Positions 18,736-28,124 of a stretch of DNA of 64,000 bases are shown here, in pieces. This stretch comes from a virus. The position numbers and the translations under genes were made by a program. The DNA is taken from positions 20,269 through 84,268 of the IMG/VR virus record IMGVR_UViG_3300028844_005216, one strand, 5' to 3'. How positions within the stretch are numbered: position 1 is the stretch's first letter; the number at the start of each line of letters is the position of its first letter. The notes beneath the pieces were generated by a model that was not told where the DNA came from, made no database searches, and saw only the letters and a list, made by a program, of their open reading frames with translations.

Positions 18736-19652
18736 ATCATATTCTCCAAAACATATTCACCCTTTTTCTGACCATCCCAAATCTGTGGAAGTGAAACAAA
18801 AGGCAAATCAGAAATTTTCACACCAGACAAAATCTGATAGATTTCTTTTTGTATTTCCTTCTCCAAAAACCCGTCAACGTCAAAGGGCCACCCTTTGTTC
18901 GGGTCCAGAGAATGTTCTTGTCGCGACGACGACTGATCATCTAAACAATCATACACATATATATCATTACAATCTGTGCCCACAAATTTCATCTCATCTC
19001 TAAGATGAGCAGCAACACCCTGACATAAAAATGGATAGTCATCAGCCAATCCAATATCATCCAAATAACGCAGTTCACATTCTACTGCTTTATTAGACAG
19101 ACAAAGAGGAGGCTCTCCACCGGGGCATGTTTGCCCGTCCCAAAGAATTTTTGAGGGTAATCCGAATCGCTGATCAAAAAAAGAATGAATGTATATTCCA
19201 TCAGCTATTTGAAAATTAATTCTTGGGTCCAGATCGGCTGGAGGATTTCGGCGTACAGTATCAACGAATGGACAGGTGCCACTGAGATAATCGAAATTGG
19301 ATTCATCATGTATTTTCTTGACACAATCCAATGCCATCGGATAATAATAATCGTCTCCGTCGATACCCATCACATGAGTATAATCACGGTCTTTGTAAAT
19401 ATCTCGATATACATCATAACGAGCATTATGACCCTTACCACTCTTCCCATTAGATGCTGTATCAAATACATCATACTCACTGAAAGTAGCTTTGACTTGG
19501 GAAGTGTATTCATCATCAAGAGAGTTCACGACGACCACAATATCATGATCAAACTCAACTGAATCTTGAGCCTCAATAGACCAGACACACCTTTCCAAAT
19601 GAGAAATGGAAACAGAAGGAGAAGCCAACGGCATAACACAAACATTTTTCAT
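18732..19652 (-). CDS. GT2-like glycosyltransferase
   Basis: VVVVNS, SNGKSGKGHN, IDGDD. Confidence 0.75.
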   Translation of the reverse strand: MKNVCVMPLASPSVSISHLERCVWSIEAQDSVEFDHDIVVVVNSLDDEYTSQVKATFSEYDVFDTASNGKSGKGHNARYDVYRDIYKDRDYTHVMGIDGDDYYYPMALDCVKKIHDESNFDYLSGTCPFVDTVRRNPPADLDPRINFQIADGIYIHSFFDQRFGLPSKILWDGQTCPGGEPPLCLSNKAVECELRYLDDIGLADDYPFLCQGVAAHLRDEMKFVGTDCNDIYVYDCLDDQSSSRQEHSLDPNKGWPFDVDGFLEKEIQKEIYQILSGVKISDLPFVSLPQIWDGQKKGEYVLENMI

Positions 19653-20569
19653 GGAAGTTCATTCCTCGCAGCAAACTCACACTTTTCCCTATGCGACCAA
19701 ACTTGCGGCATTGTCACATATGGAAAAAATTGACGAGTAATTCCAGCGAGCTTTTGATACTCTTCGGCGTTCATTTCCGAGTAAACTAAACCGTTAACAT
19801 CAAAAGGATAACCTTTCTCTTCATCATATTTTTCAGAATCAAACTTAGTCTCTTCGGTATAATCCTGAACATATATTTCATTACAGTCTGTACTGACAAA
19901 TGTAAGCTCTTTGTTCAAGTGATGAGTAATTGCATCAAGAGTAAGGAAGTATCCCGCAATATCGTGATTTCCCTCCAATGTTTTCAATCCAACTTCAACT
20001 GCCTTCGACGAAGCACATAGAGGAAAATCTTCTCCATTCATATTCTCACCATCCCAAAATAGAAACGGAAAAACGGGAAGACGATTATCAATGAAAGACC
20101 ACAACCAACGCTTTGGTTGATATGGATAAACTTTTCTTGGATCTTCTCGATGTGGGGGAATTGGTCGAATGGAGTCTACATGATGAGCCATACCACTCAA
20201 ATAATCAAAACCAGACTTCTCATGAATCTCATTCAACAGATCAAATGACATTGGATAAAAGTAATCGGAGGTTTTGATGATCGAAATATGGGACCACTCA
20301 CAATCACCACGATGATCCGCATAATGTTTCAAACAAGAATTGATTCCATTACCAAAGAAACCATCACCCTTCGTATTGAATACAACATACTCTTCGGGAA
20401 CTGCATTCTTTACTAATTCATAAAAATCAGAATCTTCGGTTTGGCAATTTACAACGACATCAAATTCAACACTTGTAGGCTGATTATCAATAGACCAGAG
20501 ACACCGCTCAATTTTATTTTTATTGTCATTATCTGTTACAAGAATGTATACTGCCAACTTCTCAATCAT
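19649..20569 (-). CDS. GT2-like paralog of 18732..19652 lacking the DxD motif
   Basis: Shared ERCxWSI, YPM..D..IH..S.FDYLSG, TDCN.IYV, KG.PFDV.G, PQ.W; IDGDD replaced by IKTSD. Confidence 0.65.
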   Translation of the reverse strand: MIEKLAVYILVTDNDNKNKIERCLWSIDNQPTSVEFDVVVNCQTEDSDFYELVKNAVPEEYVVFNTKGDGFFGNGINSCLKHYADHRGDCEWSHISIIKTSDYFYPMSFDLLNEIHEKSGFDYLSGMAHHVDSIRPIPPHREDPRKVYPYQPKRWLWSFIDNRLPVFPFLFWDGENMNGEDFPLCASSKAVEVGLKTLEGNHDIAGYFLTLDAITHHLNKELTFVSTDCNEIYVQDYTEETKFDSEKYDEEKGYPFDVNGLVYSEMNAEEYQKLAGITRQFFPYVTMPQVWSHREKCEFAARNELP

Positions 20570-21525
20570 TATAATAATCCCCTCAAAAGACCATTCCATT
20601 TACCAACACACATATCCATACTATAGAAATAATTATAGTATGTAGCCTGCATGGTCAACGATGCCTGAACACGATCTGTCCAGAAGGTGTTAAGCGCGTT
20701 GGTCAGATAGTGGTAGTGAGTGGCAGCGTGTTGCTGAATGTCAGGACTCCACGGATACATGTGAGCAAAGTCCTTACACGTTTCCGGCAACGCACCATAG
20801 TTTGGAACCACTGCCATACATCCTGCTGCCATTGATTCAATTGCAACAAGACACGAAGTTTCAAGGTATGTGGAGGGGTATGCGAGGATGTGTGTCTTCA
20901 ACAATGCCTTACGAATCTCATCGTTTGAAACTGTCCCGTGATAATTAACACACTTCAGCTCTTCAAGACGTTCATAGAGTTCCTTAAATTCGGGATGCTC
21001 ATCTTGCTCATCTCTACCGTATAACTTGAAGCTGGAATATACATCAATTTCAAAATCATTTCTAGCATCCTGCATCACGCGAGCAACAGACTCTAGGATA
21101 TTAAGACCGCGATGGGGGGTGGAGAAATAGACAATTCGTGCCTTTCCGTCCTTGGGCTTCTCGTGTTCCTCAATGGGATTAATGCAATTCGGAATGACAA
21201 CAGACTTTTCGTAAGGGACGCCGAGCTTCTGATGAAACTCCCACAATGCCCAATTACTAGGAAAAACGAATCGTTCAAACATATCACGATTCTCTTCGTA
21301 TTTGAGATGTTCAGATTCAGGGTCTTCCGCAAGATCATGAAGCCAAAGAATCTTTTTGCGAGAATCCCCAACATGTTCTTCGCGAACTCGTTGCGGTACT
21401 ATAAGAAATTCATCCTTTAGATCATCATCAATACGGTCTAAAACTCGATTATAAATCAGCTCCGTACCACCCATAGGTGTAGATGATTCCTGATTAATCT
21501 GAAACTCGAAACTATCTGTTGGCAT
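20569..21525 (-). CDS. GT-B glycosyltransferase (GT4-like)
   Basis: MGGTE, LWLHD, STPHRGL, YPSTYLETSCLVAIESMAAGC, GALPET. Confidence 0.88.
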   Translation of the reverse strand: MPTDSFEFQINQESSTPMGGTELIYNRVLDRIDDDLKDEFLIVPQRVREEHVGDSRKKILWLHDLAEDPESEHLKYEENRDMFERFVFPSNWALWEFHQKLGVPYEKSVVIPNCINPIEEHEKPKDGKARIVYFSTPHRGLNILESVARVMQDARNDFEIDVYSSFKLYGRDEQDEHPEFKELYERLEELKCVNYHGTVSNDEIRKALLKTHILAYPSTYLETSCLVAIESMAAGCMAVVPNYGALPETCKDFAHMYPWSPDIQQHAATHYHYLTNALNTFWTDRVQASLTMQATYYNYFYSMDMCVGKWNGLLRGLL

Positions 21526-21573
21526 GATATTATATGCTCCTCATCAATTCATCATGTATGGTAGTATATAGGC

Positions 21574-21633
21574 AAAAAAAGAGGGGGCAGAACGATGAGT
21601 CTCTCTGGACTTACTTAATCGTTCTACCCCCTC
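21574..21633 (-). terminator. Long-stem rho-independent terminator
   Basis: 16-bp stem GAGGGGGTAGAACGAT/ATCGTTCTGCCCCCTC followed by T7. Confidence 0.8.
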
Positions 21634-21677
21634 GATTTAATTCAATCTAGACTAGAGAAGACTGAATTTATATAAGA

Positions 21678-21899
21678 CTACGATAGTCGGTGAATACCAT
21701 ACTTCGTAGATCCGTTAGCGGCAACATCCTTGGTAACTTCCCAATTACCATAAGCCTCAACAGTCTTACGGATAGTTGACATCGTAGCACTAAAGTTCTG
21801 CACGCCAAAGCGTGCGCGAGCCTGTGCCGCAGTAAGGGTACGACCCTCGCTGAGATAGTCAACAATCTTTCGTGTCTTAGAATTAGCTGCAAATGCCAT
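21678..21899 (-). CDS. Small winged-helix/HTH DNA-binding protein
   Basis: KIVDYLSEGRTLTAAQARARFGV.N..A; GAGGAAATAAAAAT RBS. Confidence 0.75.
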   Translation of the reverse strand: MAFAANSKTRKIVDYLSEGRTLTAAQARARFGVQNFSATMSTIRKTVEAYGNWEVTKDVAANGSTKYGIHRLS

Positions 21900-21918
21900 A
21901 TTTTTATTTCCTCTTATT

Positions 21919-21966
21919 GTCGGCTTCAAAAAAGTTTTGTAGAAACGCCGACCCAATCTACAAAAC
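21919..21966 (-). promoter_or_regulatory. Terminator-like hairpin with potential pseudoknot in 5' leader
   Basis: Stem GTTTTGTAGA/TCTACAAAAC then T6; loop GTCGGC complementary to downstream GCCGAC next to the RBS. Confidence 0.6.
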
Positions 21967-21979
21967 GGTTTAAAAATCT

Positions 21980-22162
21980 TTATCGAAGAATCGTCTTGTC
22001 CTTCGGAATCTCACGGTATGAATCACCTTCTCTGAAGCCCCAAAACCAAGATCGCTTACCATTATCTACGCGAAGGATTCGAGTCAACTTATTATCAGTT
22101 CCCGCTTCATACCAAAAGCGATGATCATTTTCACCGCTTCGTCTCGTCTTAACCCCGCTCAT
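21980..22162 (-). CDS. Hypothetical protein (early)
   Basis: GAGGAG RBS; first gene after a sigma70 promoter. Confidence 0.6.
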   Translation of the reverse strand: MSGVKTRRSGENDHRFWYEAGTDNKLTRILRVDNGKRSWFWGFREGDSYREIPKDKTILR

Positions 22163-22191
22163 ATATGTAGCTCCTCTTAAAGTAGACCCAT

Positions 22192-22219
22192 ATTATACAC
22201 CACTGAGATTCAAAGTCAA
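22192..22219 (-). promoter_or_regulatory. Sigma70-type early promoter
   Basis: TTGACT-16 nt-TATAAT with upstream A-tracts (UP-element-like). Confidence 0.75.
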
Positions 22220-22250
22220 TAGAAAAATGCATTTTTTTGCATTTTTTTTA

Positions 22251-22808
22251 TTAGTTGAATATACCACACTTTAAAATATAATAGGCATCCACAACATCAT
22301 TTAATGGACTAATTATATTGTCCGAGCGAGGCGTCAAAGAATCTTTCAAATTAGATTCACCGTTCTCCTCAACAAATTGATTATACATATCAACCTTTGA
22401 TGCTCTTCCCGAACCTGTTGCAAATTTCTTGACTGTGGTAGGAGCAAGAATATCACAATGAATTAAAGCATCCCATAATTTATATTTCAATATACCAGTA
22501 TTTTCCGCTATATTGAAAACACGACCTGTCGAACCAAACGAGTATCCCTCCAAATAAACCTGAGTCACTTGATGTTTAGTCAAGACCTTCACAGCCCATG
22601 ATGAAATGTCGTTATATCTATCTATTTCAGAATCCCAAGGTCCATGATTACTTCCGTGAAGATTCCCTTCACTAAATGTATCGAATCTAGCCAAATTTGA
22701 ACGAAAATACATTTCTGTGCGTTGGTAAGAAAAGTCACCCTTTTCTGTATCGTAAACACAAATAGCTGGGGAAGTTAAAGAATAGTCAATACCCGCCAAA
22801 ACAGGCAT
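22251..22808 (-). CDS. RuvC-like Holliday junction resolvase / RNase H-fold nuclease
   Basis: AGIDYSLTSPAIC, YLEGYSFGS, IAENTGILK, VKKFATGSG.ASK, DVVDAYY. Confidence 0.8.
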   Translation of the reverse strand: MPVLAGIDYSLTSPAICVYDTEKGDFSYQRTEMYFRSNLARFDTFSEGNLHGSNHGPWDSEIDRYNDISSWAVKVLTKHQVTQVYLEGYSFGSTGRVFNIAENTGILKYKLWDALIHCDILAPTTVKKFATGSGRASKVDMYNQFVEENGESNLKDSLTPRSDNIISPLNDVVDAYYILKCGIFN

Positions 22809-22993
22809 TATTCTAGTTCCTCTTCTACCCTATCATAATCAACGTTGTAGACGCCGCAGAACGGGCAATATCGAGCCTGTTCCAAAAAACCGTGCGTATT
22901 TGTAAAAACGCTATATTCGGTACGACACTCTGCACACTCTAAGTTGATTTCGACAACCTCTTTTTCGTATTCTTCGTCAAATGGAATAGACAT
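22808..22993 (-). CDS. Small zinc-ribbon protein
   Basis: CAEC...YCPFCG. Confidence 0.65.
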   Translation of the reverse strand: MSIPFDEEYEKEVVEINLECAECRTEYSVFTNTHGFLEQARYCPFCGVYNVDYDRVEEELE

Positions 22994-24903
22994 TAAATGA
23001 TCTCACATTCTCCGCTTGTACATGCCATCGTCTGCGAACCAATTGTTTGGTCTGATTCCTCATACTTTCCAAGCTCGGTCCAATCCAAACTCTGTGGCAT
23101 GTTTTTGTTTAATTCAACATATTTCCCCTTGTCAATCTCCATGAAAGGAGCTTGTTTATATATATGATCTGTATGGGGCAGAAACGAAACACCAGTTAAT
23201 TCATCGAAGTGTTCATATACCCATGCACCAACCTCAACCCATTCATGTTCTTTTACGGTTACTGTACATGATGGATTGTGTTCACACCAATGTTGCTTAT
23301 AAGCCAACCATCTCTCCAACTGTTCAATGGCAGAAAGATCAGTAGTGACAACAGAGTCCTTTGGAGCAGAAACCGGAAAAGAAAATACATGATTGTGGTC
23401 TGGAGCAATAATATCATCCTCAACAGGAACTCCCCGATCAATCATGAATTGACTTGCCGGATCTTTTTTGTCGGCACGAACCGTCCGAATATAGTATGGC
23501 GAAAACCTTGAATGAATACCACTCGCAGAATCAACTAGGACGGAAACCGTTCCAGAAGGTTTGACTGTCGTAATCGCAGTTGATTGCGGAATACCAAAAA
23601 CCTTTGACCATACCAAATTAGTTTCAATCGCAACTCCCTTGAGAATGGTAAGGATCTCGGCGAGATTATTTCTCTTGCCATTAGTCAACTTGTTATCCAT
23701 GATACCAGTTAGGCTGACACCCAACAGTCGCTCCTCTTCAGCATTCTTTTTCCAGTCTGCACGAAGATACTTAAACTTGGTCAGAGTAGACTGCATAGTT
23801 CCAATAATCGTTGCAATCTCAACCTTTCGTTCAAGATCTGCAAGAGTATCTGATTCGCGGACAACTACCTCAGAAAGATTACAGAATCCATTTGGACGAA
23901 GAATAATTTCAGAACATGGATTTACGCCAAACTCATAATCAATATCTCGTCTTCCGTTTTCTGCTGCTTTTTCTTTAAGAGCTTGACGATTGACAATACC
24001 ACGTTCACCACTCTTGGAGTTATAAAGTGAAAGCCACTCTGCCATAAACACACCAATGTCAGGCTTTTCTTTATATACCGCAGAGTTATTTGAAAACGAA
24101 CGATGTTGTTCTGTCGTATACCACTGACCCGTCTTGGCATGTCGCATTCGCTCATCAGTCAAATCGGAAAGAGAAATCAAAGCCGCGCGACGAACACCAC
24201 CAACCACAACACAAGATGCCACATGGCACATAAGATCATGACACTCAAGAGAAGTCAGCTTTCTACCAGAAGCCTGTCGGAATGTATTGATGAAGGATAT
24301 AAATGTTTTGACCAACGGTTCTGGTCCAGATGCTCGACCACCAAAAACTTTTAAAGGTGCGCCAGAGGGACGAACATTTGAGGTGTCAATGTTTGGAATT
24401 TGTCCTGTGTAAAGCATTGCAACAAGTTCTTTTAGAGCCTTTGCCCAACCCAACTTGCTATCGGCAACAACAATCGTACTGTCTGTTTCGTGAAATTCTT
24501 CGGCAACGTTAGGAAGTTTTTCGATATGCTGGGTTTCCACAGAAAATCCAACACCCGTACCATTCATAAGAATATAAAGAGATTCATCAAATGCGCGCGG
24601 AGAGTCAACAGCAACAAAGGAACAATTATATCCTGCAATATTTTCACGTTCCAATGCAGTACCCGCTGTCATCATAGATCGCATAGAAGGCATAACTTCC
24701 ATGTTGAAAATCGCTTGACGGATATCATCTTTCACATCTTCAATCGAACCCTTCGTGGTATTTTTGAGATGTTCATCAAAGAAGTTCACAAATCGGTCAA
24801 CAGTTTCATCCCATGTTTCTCGACGACTCTTCTCAGGAAGCCATCGAGCATATCGAGAAGAGTGAATGTATTGTTGTAGAACGGTCATCTTAGGGGTTGT
24901 CAT
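22993..24903 (-). CDS. nrdJ: Class II adenosylcobalamin-dependent ribonucleotide reductase
   Basis: SRYARW, RRETW.ETV.R, YNCSF, GTGVGFSVE, GGRASGPEPL, VGGVRRAALISL, NPCSEI, TVKPSGT, C-terminal CTSGEC. Confidence 0.93.
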   Translation of the reverse strand: MTTPKMTVLQQYIHSSRYARWLPEKSRRETWDETVDRFVNFFDEHLKNTTKGSIEDVKDDIRQAIFNMEVMPSMRSMMTAGTALERENIAGYNCSFVAVDSPRAFDESLYILMNGTGVGFSVETQHIEKLPNVAEEFHETDSTIVVADSKLGWAKALKELVAMLYTGQIPNIDTSNVRPSGAPLKVFGGRASGPEPLVKTFISFINTFRQASGRKLTSLECHDLMCHVASCVVVGGVRRAALISLSDLTDERMRHAKTGQWYTTEQHRSFSNNSAVYKEKPDIGVFMAEWLSLYNSKSGERGIVNRQALKEKAAENGRRDIDYEFGVNPCSEIILRPNGFCNLSEVVVRESDTLADLERKVEIATIIGTMQSTLTKFKYLRADWKKNAEEERLLGVSLTGIMDNKLTNGKRNNLAEILTILKGVAIETNLVWSKVFGIPQSTAITTVKPSGTVSVLVDSASGIHSRFSPYYIRTVRADKKDPASQFMIDRGVPVEDDIIAPDHNHVFSFPVSAPKDSVVTTDLSAIEQLERWLAYKQHWCEHNPSCTVTVKEHEWVEVGAWVYEHFDELTGVSFLPHTDHIYKQAPFMEIDKGKYVELNKNMPQSLDWTELGKYEESDQTIGSQTMACTSGECEII

Positions 24904-24905
24904 TT

Positions 24906-25574
24906 TTAATTTTCTCCTACCAGATATTTCCAAGATACCGGGAATCTTTCTTTCATACTGAAACTAATTAAGTCAGCGATTTCTCTCGTCTCTCTTTGAG
25001 TGTCTTTTGCACATCGTAAATTACAAACTCTTGCAAATGCATATAGAGAGCCTGTCCAATACCACTCTGTCATAAGACTTTGAGGAAGAACCATACGAGC
25101 CTGTTCCGCACAGACACCCGCGTCAATCAGTTGATTATATAGGTTCACACATTTCTTACCCATTTTCTCAACTGCATCATCAACCGAAAGTTCATTAATC
25201 AAAAGCCACAAAACTTCTTCAGTTTCAGAAGAACCTTGCTTTTTATTCTCAGGATTGGCTCGCCAACTCTCTGGTCTAAAAAGTTCTGGTTCTGTTTGAA
25301 TATATCTCCGCGATACTTCGTTCCAAGTTAAACCCACTTGATGCTTAACCAATTGTCTCGCAACGAAAATGGGAGCCTTTATCCTAAACTGCAAAGAGCA
25401 ATGTCCAAACGGAGTCCAGTGATTATTTTCCGCAAGAAACTTAATCAGCTTTTCATCTCCACTCGAAAAATGCTCTACATTTTTATTAAAACTCACTCTG
25501 GCTGCATTAACGACTGTCAAGTCGCTTCCCATGCAATCAACCAACCTTACTTCACTCGGGGTCAACCGTTCCAT
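24906..25574 (-). CDS. thyX: FAD-dependent thymidylate synthase
   Basis: VVNAARVSF, HWTPF, APIFVARQLVKHQVG, NEVSRRY, EQARMVLPQ. Confidence 0.96.
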   Translation of the reverse strand: MERLTPSEVRLVDCMGSDLTVVNAARVSFNKNVEHFSSGDEKLIKFLAENNHWTPFGHCSLQFRIKAPIFVARQLVKHQVGLTWNEVSRRYIQTEPELFRPESWRANPENKKQGSSETEEVLWLLINELSVDDAVEKMGKKCVNLYNQLIDAGVCAEQARMVLPQSLMTEWYWTGSLYAFARVCNLRCAKDTQRETREIADLISFSMKERFPVSWKYLVGEN

Positions 25575-26602
25575 TATATAAGTACCTTCTTCCATGCGTT
25601 AAATGCCACCAATGCCTGCAAACCAGAATAGGTGTTTTTATTTATCATTTCTTCGATTTTGCTCGCGGGGGTTCCTGCAAGAATCATATCATTAATGTCT
25701 TTTTCCTTAATGTTTTCAGGCCAGATGCAAACACGATAATCATCGTCAATAATTTTTTTAATTTTTTTAACAATTTCTTTATTTCTGGGCTCATTATCAA
25801 ATACGATAACACACTTATCTTTCCTAACTTCCGATTCTAGTTTGGAAAAATCAGCACCACCCACTGCAATTGCGTTGTCTAGAAATAAAGAATCAATCGG
25901 ACCCTCAACAACATAAATAGAATCTCTAGAATTTCTTTTGGTTTGATCAAGACCAAATATCATCGGCGCATTATTATTAAGACGGAATGCAAGATAACGC
26001 ATTTTCGTAGAGCTGTGAATTGCTCTCGCAGCAATTCCAACAAGCTCCCCATCCCTATTAATAAATGGAAGAATAACTCTAGGCTGATTTCCCCGAATTC
26101 GATTTTTGTAGATAGGATCTACCTTCTCCAAAGCATTATCATCGTGGATGTAATACAATCGGTTTAAAGATGAATCGGGAATTCTTCGATCATTGATAAA
26201 GCGATGGACCACATGATTCCTTGGAATACGATCAACTCTTTCTGCCCCCAAATCTTCAAGGAAACGTACATCACGCACCCTCCTCTTTCGCTTAGGCGTT
26301 TCTCGTTTTTCCTCACGTTGCGTATTCTTACCAAAACCCTCAAGCATATAATTCTTATACATCATATTATCGACATGCTTAATTAGATTGCCGAAGGATC
26401 TAGTATCACCACAATTGTGACACTTAAACACAAAACTGTCTCGATCCTTGCTTGGATATAGGTATCCACGAGCTTTATAACGATTCTTTTCAGAATCTCC
26501 ACAAAGCGGACAACGGAAATTATAGAGATTATTGGTTTTTTTCTTGAACTGTTGTAATCTGGACGACAATAGCCCAACGTACTTCACGTCTACATGCTTC
26601 AT
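25574..26602 (-). CDS. gp61: DNA primase (T4 gp61 family)
   Basis: NFRCPLCGDS, KARGY, FKCHNCG, VVEGPIDSLFL, FDNEPRN, KDINDM. Confidence 0.96.
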   Translation of the reverse strand: MKHVDVKYVGLLSSRLQQFKKKTNNLYNFRCPLCGDSEKNRYKARGYLYPSKDRDSFVFKCHNCGDTRSFGNLIKHVDNMMYKNYMLEGFGKNTQREEKRETPKRKRRVRDVRFLEDLGAERVDRIPRNHVVHRFINDRRIPDSSLNRLYYIHDDNALEKVDPIYKNRIRGNQPRVILPFINRDGELVGIAARAIHSSTKMRYLAFRLNNNAPMIFGLDQTKRNSRDSIYVVEGPIDSLFLDNAIAVGGADFSKLESEVRKDKCVIVFDNEPRNKEIVKKIKKIIDDDYRVCIWPENIKEKDINDMILAGTPASKIEEMINKNTYSGLQALVAFNAWKKVLI

Positions 26603-26626
26603 AATATATTCTCACGGGTAAATGAT

Positions 26627-26896
26627 TTAGTTATTTTTTGATATTTCTAGCTTCTCTCGGACCTGAGCGCGAAACTCAGTCTGCTCAATCATCGCACGAT
26701 GAAAGGTGTCTTTAATTTCATCCGTGTTGGATCTAATCCGATCAATATCTTCATCAAATTTATTTTCGAGATGTTTAACTTCTTCTCTTACGTCGTTTAC
26801 CGATTCAGAAGAAGCCCGAGTAGCAGCAAATACCCATAAACCACACATCGCTGAAATTAATACACCAACTGATACCTGCCGAAAAACATCTTCCAT
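26627..26896 (-). CDS. Single-TM coiled-coil protein (possibly lysis-related)
   Basis: N-terminal hydrophobic helix; next to spanin-like pair. Confidence 0.5.
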   Translation of the reverse strand: MEDVFRQVSVGVLISAMCGLWVFAATRASSESVNDVREEVKHLENKFDEDIDRIRSNTDEIKDTFHRAMIEQTEFRAQVREKLEISKNN

Positions 26897-26911
26897 TACA
26901 TTACACCTTCT

Positions 26912-27187
26912 TTATGTACCTTCTAAATAAACATCCAGAGCCTCGCAATGCCTCTGATTCTCTCCCAACTGATAATACAAAGATTCCATGTCTATCTCAC
27001 CAAGCTCCTGTAATACATAAAGAAATTCTAATTCAGAAATAGCCTCTTCGGACCAAACAGGACACGCAGGAGGCGTGACCACTGGAATCGTTTTACAACT
27101 ACTTCCCAGAAGACTTAGACTTAGAACGCTTACGAATATTATCGGTAAGACTCTTGCCAGTCTTGATAGGTTTCTGTAAAATATCAT
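26912..27187 (-). CDS. Putative o-spanin (Rz1-like lipoprotein)
   Basis: Signal peptide ending LSLLGSS-C, followed by Pro-rich KTIPVVTPPACP; overlaps upstream gene in another frame. Confidence 0.6.
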   Translation of the reverse strand: MIFYRNLSRLARVLPIIFVSVLSLSLLGSSCKTIPVVTPPACPVWSEEAISELEFLYVLQELGEIDMESLYYQLGENQRHCEALDVYLEGT

Positions 27188-27359
27188 CTGCTTTTTTTCT
27201 CCTCTTTGCATTCTCTTCATGTGCCTCATTTTGTGCCTCGGCTTTTCCGCGTTTTCGAGAACTCTGAATCCTCATCCACTCACCAACAATTCCACTAAAA
27301 AAAGTAACAATCGCATTCAGGGCAATTTTTATTGCAGAAATAAGAAAACCAACCATCAC
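27099..27359 (-). CDS. Putative i-spanin (Rz-like)
   Basis: N-terminal TM, then charged helix; overlaps the lipoprotein gene. Confidence 0.55.
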   Translation of the reverse strand: MMVGFLISAIKIALNAIVTFFSGIVGEWMRIQSSRKRGKAEAQNEAHEENAKRRKKADDILQKPIKTGKSLTDNIRKRSKSKSSGK

Positions 27360-27715
27360 CGCTTACCCCTTCTAAGATACATCATCATGCCATAGGTAGA
27401 ATCCTTAATGATAATACCTTTTTTTGGATTCTTCAAACCATATTCGCGAATATTTTGACCACATTCATCACCACCAACATGTTTTACATAACGATCATAT
27501 CTTGATTTCTCACCCTTACACTTAGCAAAAACCTCGGAAGAAACTTCATACACATTTGTCCCAGCAAAGATCTCTTGCTTTTTTTTCTTCTTCTTTTTTG
27601 GACCCGGAGGTTCGCCGACCATTCCACCACCAACTGAACCAACAGTTGTAGCAGGAGCTTCAGATTCTTCAAAATCACGAAGAGATTCAATAAGATCTGT
27701 ATATGTTTTTAGCAT
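27356..27715 (-). CDS. Conserved T4-like hypothetical late protein
   Basis: MLKTYTDLIE N-terminus, EPPG + poly-K, IIIKDSTYG.M.YLR. Confidence 0.65.
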   Translation of the reverse strand: MLKTYTDLIESLRDFEESEAPATTVGSVGGGMVGEPPGPKKKKKKKQEIFAGTNVYEVSSEVFAKCKGEKSRYDRYVKHVGGDECGQNIREYGLKNPKKGIIIKDSTYGMMMYLRRGKR

Positions 27716-27716
27716 T

Positions 27717-28121
27717 TCATATCTCCCTCAACCTATCCACAACATCGGTACATGTGGGTATATCAGAACCGATGATATCTTTACCTTTTATATTTACAAC
27801 AATGTCTGGCATAAAATTTAAATATGTCAAAAACGTTTTTAATACAGAATAATCATCAGGTTCCATTTTGAAAAATAATATTCGAGTTGCAGCTTCAAAC
27901 TCAAATACATTATAGAACATTATAATATGATTTAGAATCAGCCGCTCTTTCAATTCACCAGAACTCAAATACCGATTAATCAATCTTTTGATATACTTAG
28001 GTATTTTAACGTCGTCATGAAATTCCTCAAGGTCTACACACTGAGGATTATTATACGACATAATCATATAGGAATCAATAGTTTTTTCATTCAAAGAAGA
28101 AATATTCATAATAATTAGCAC
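27717..28121 (-). CDS. Conserved T4-like hypothetical protein
   Basis: YNNPQC...EFHDD...KYIKRL..RY...GELKERLILNHII..YNVF. Confidence 0.8.
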   Translation of the reverse strand: MLIIMNISSLNEKTIDSYMIMSYNNPQCVDLEEFHDDVKIPKYIKRLINRYLSSGELKERLILNHIIMFYNVFEFEAATRILFFKMEPDDYSVLKTFLTYLNFMPDIVVNIKGKDIIGSDIPTCTDVVDRLREI

Positions 28122-28124
28122 TAA

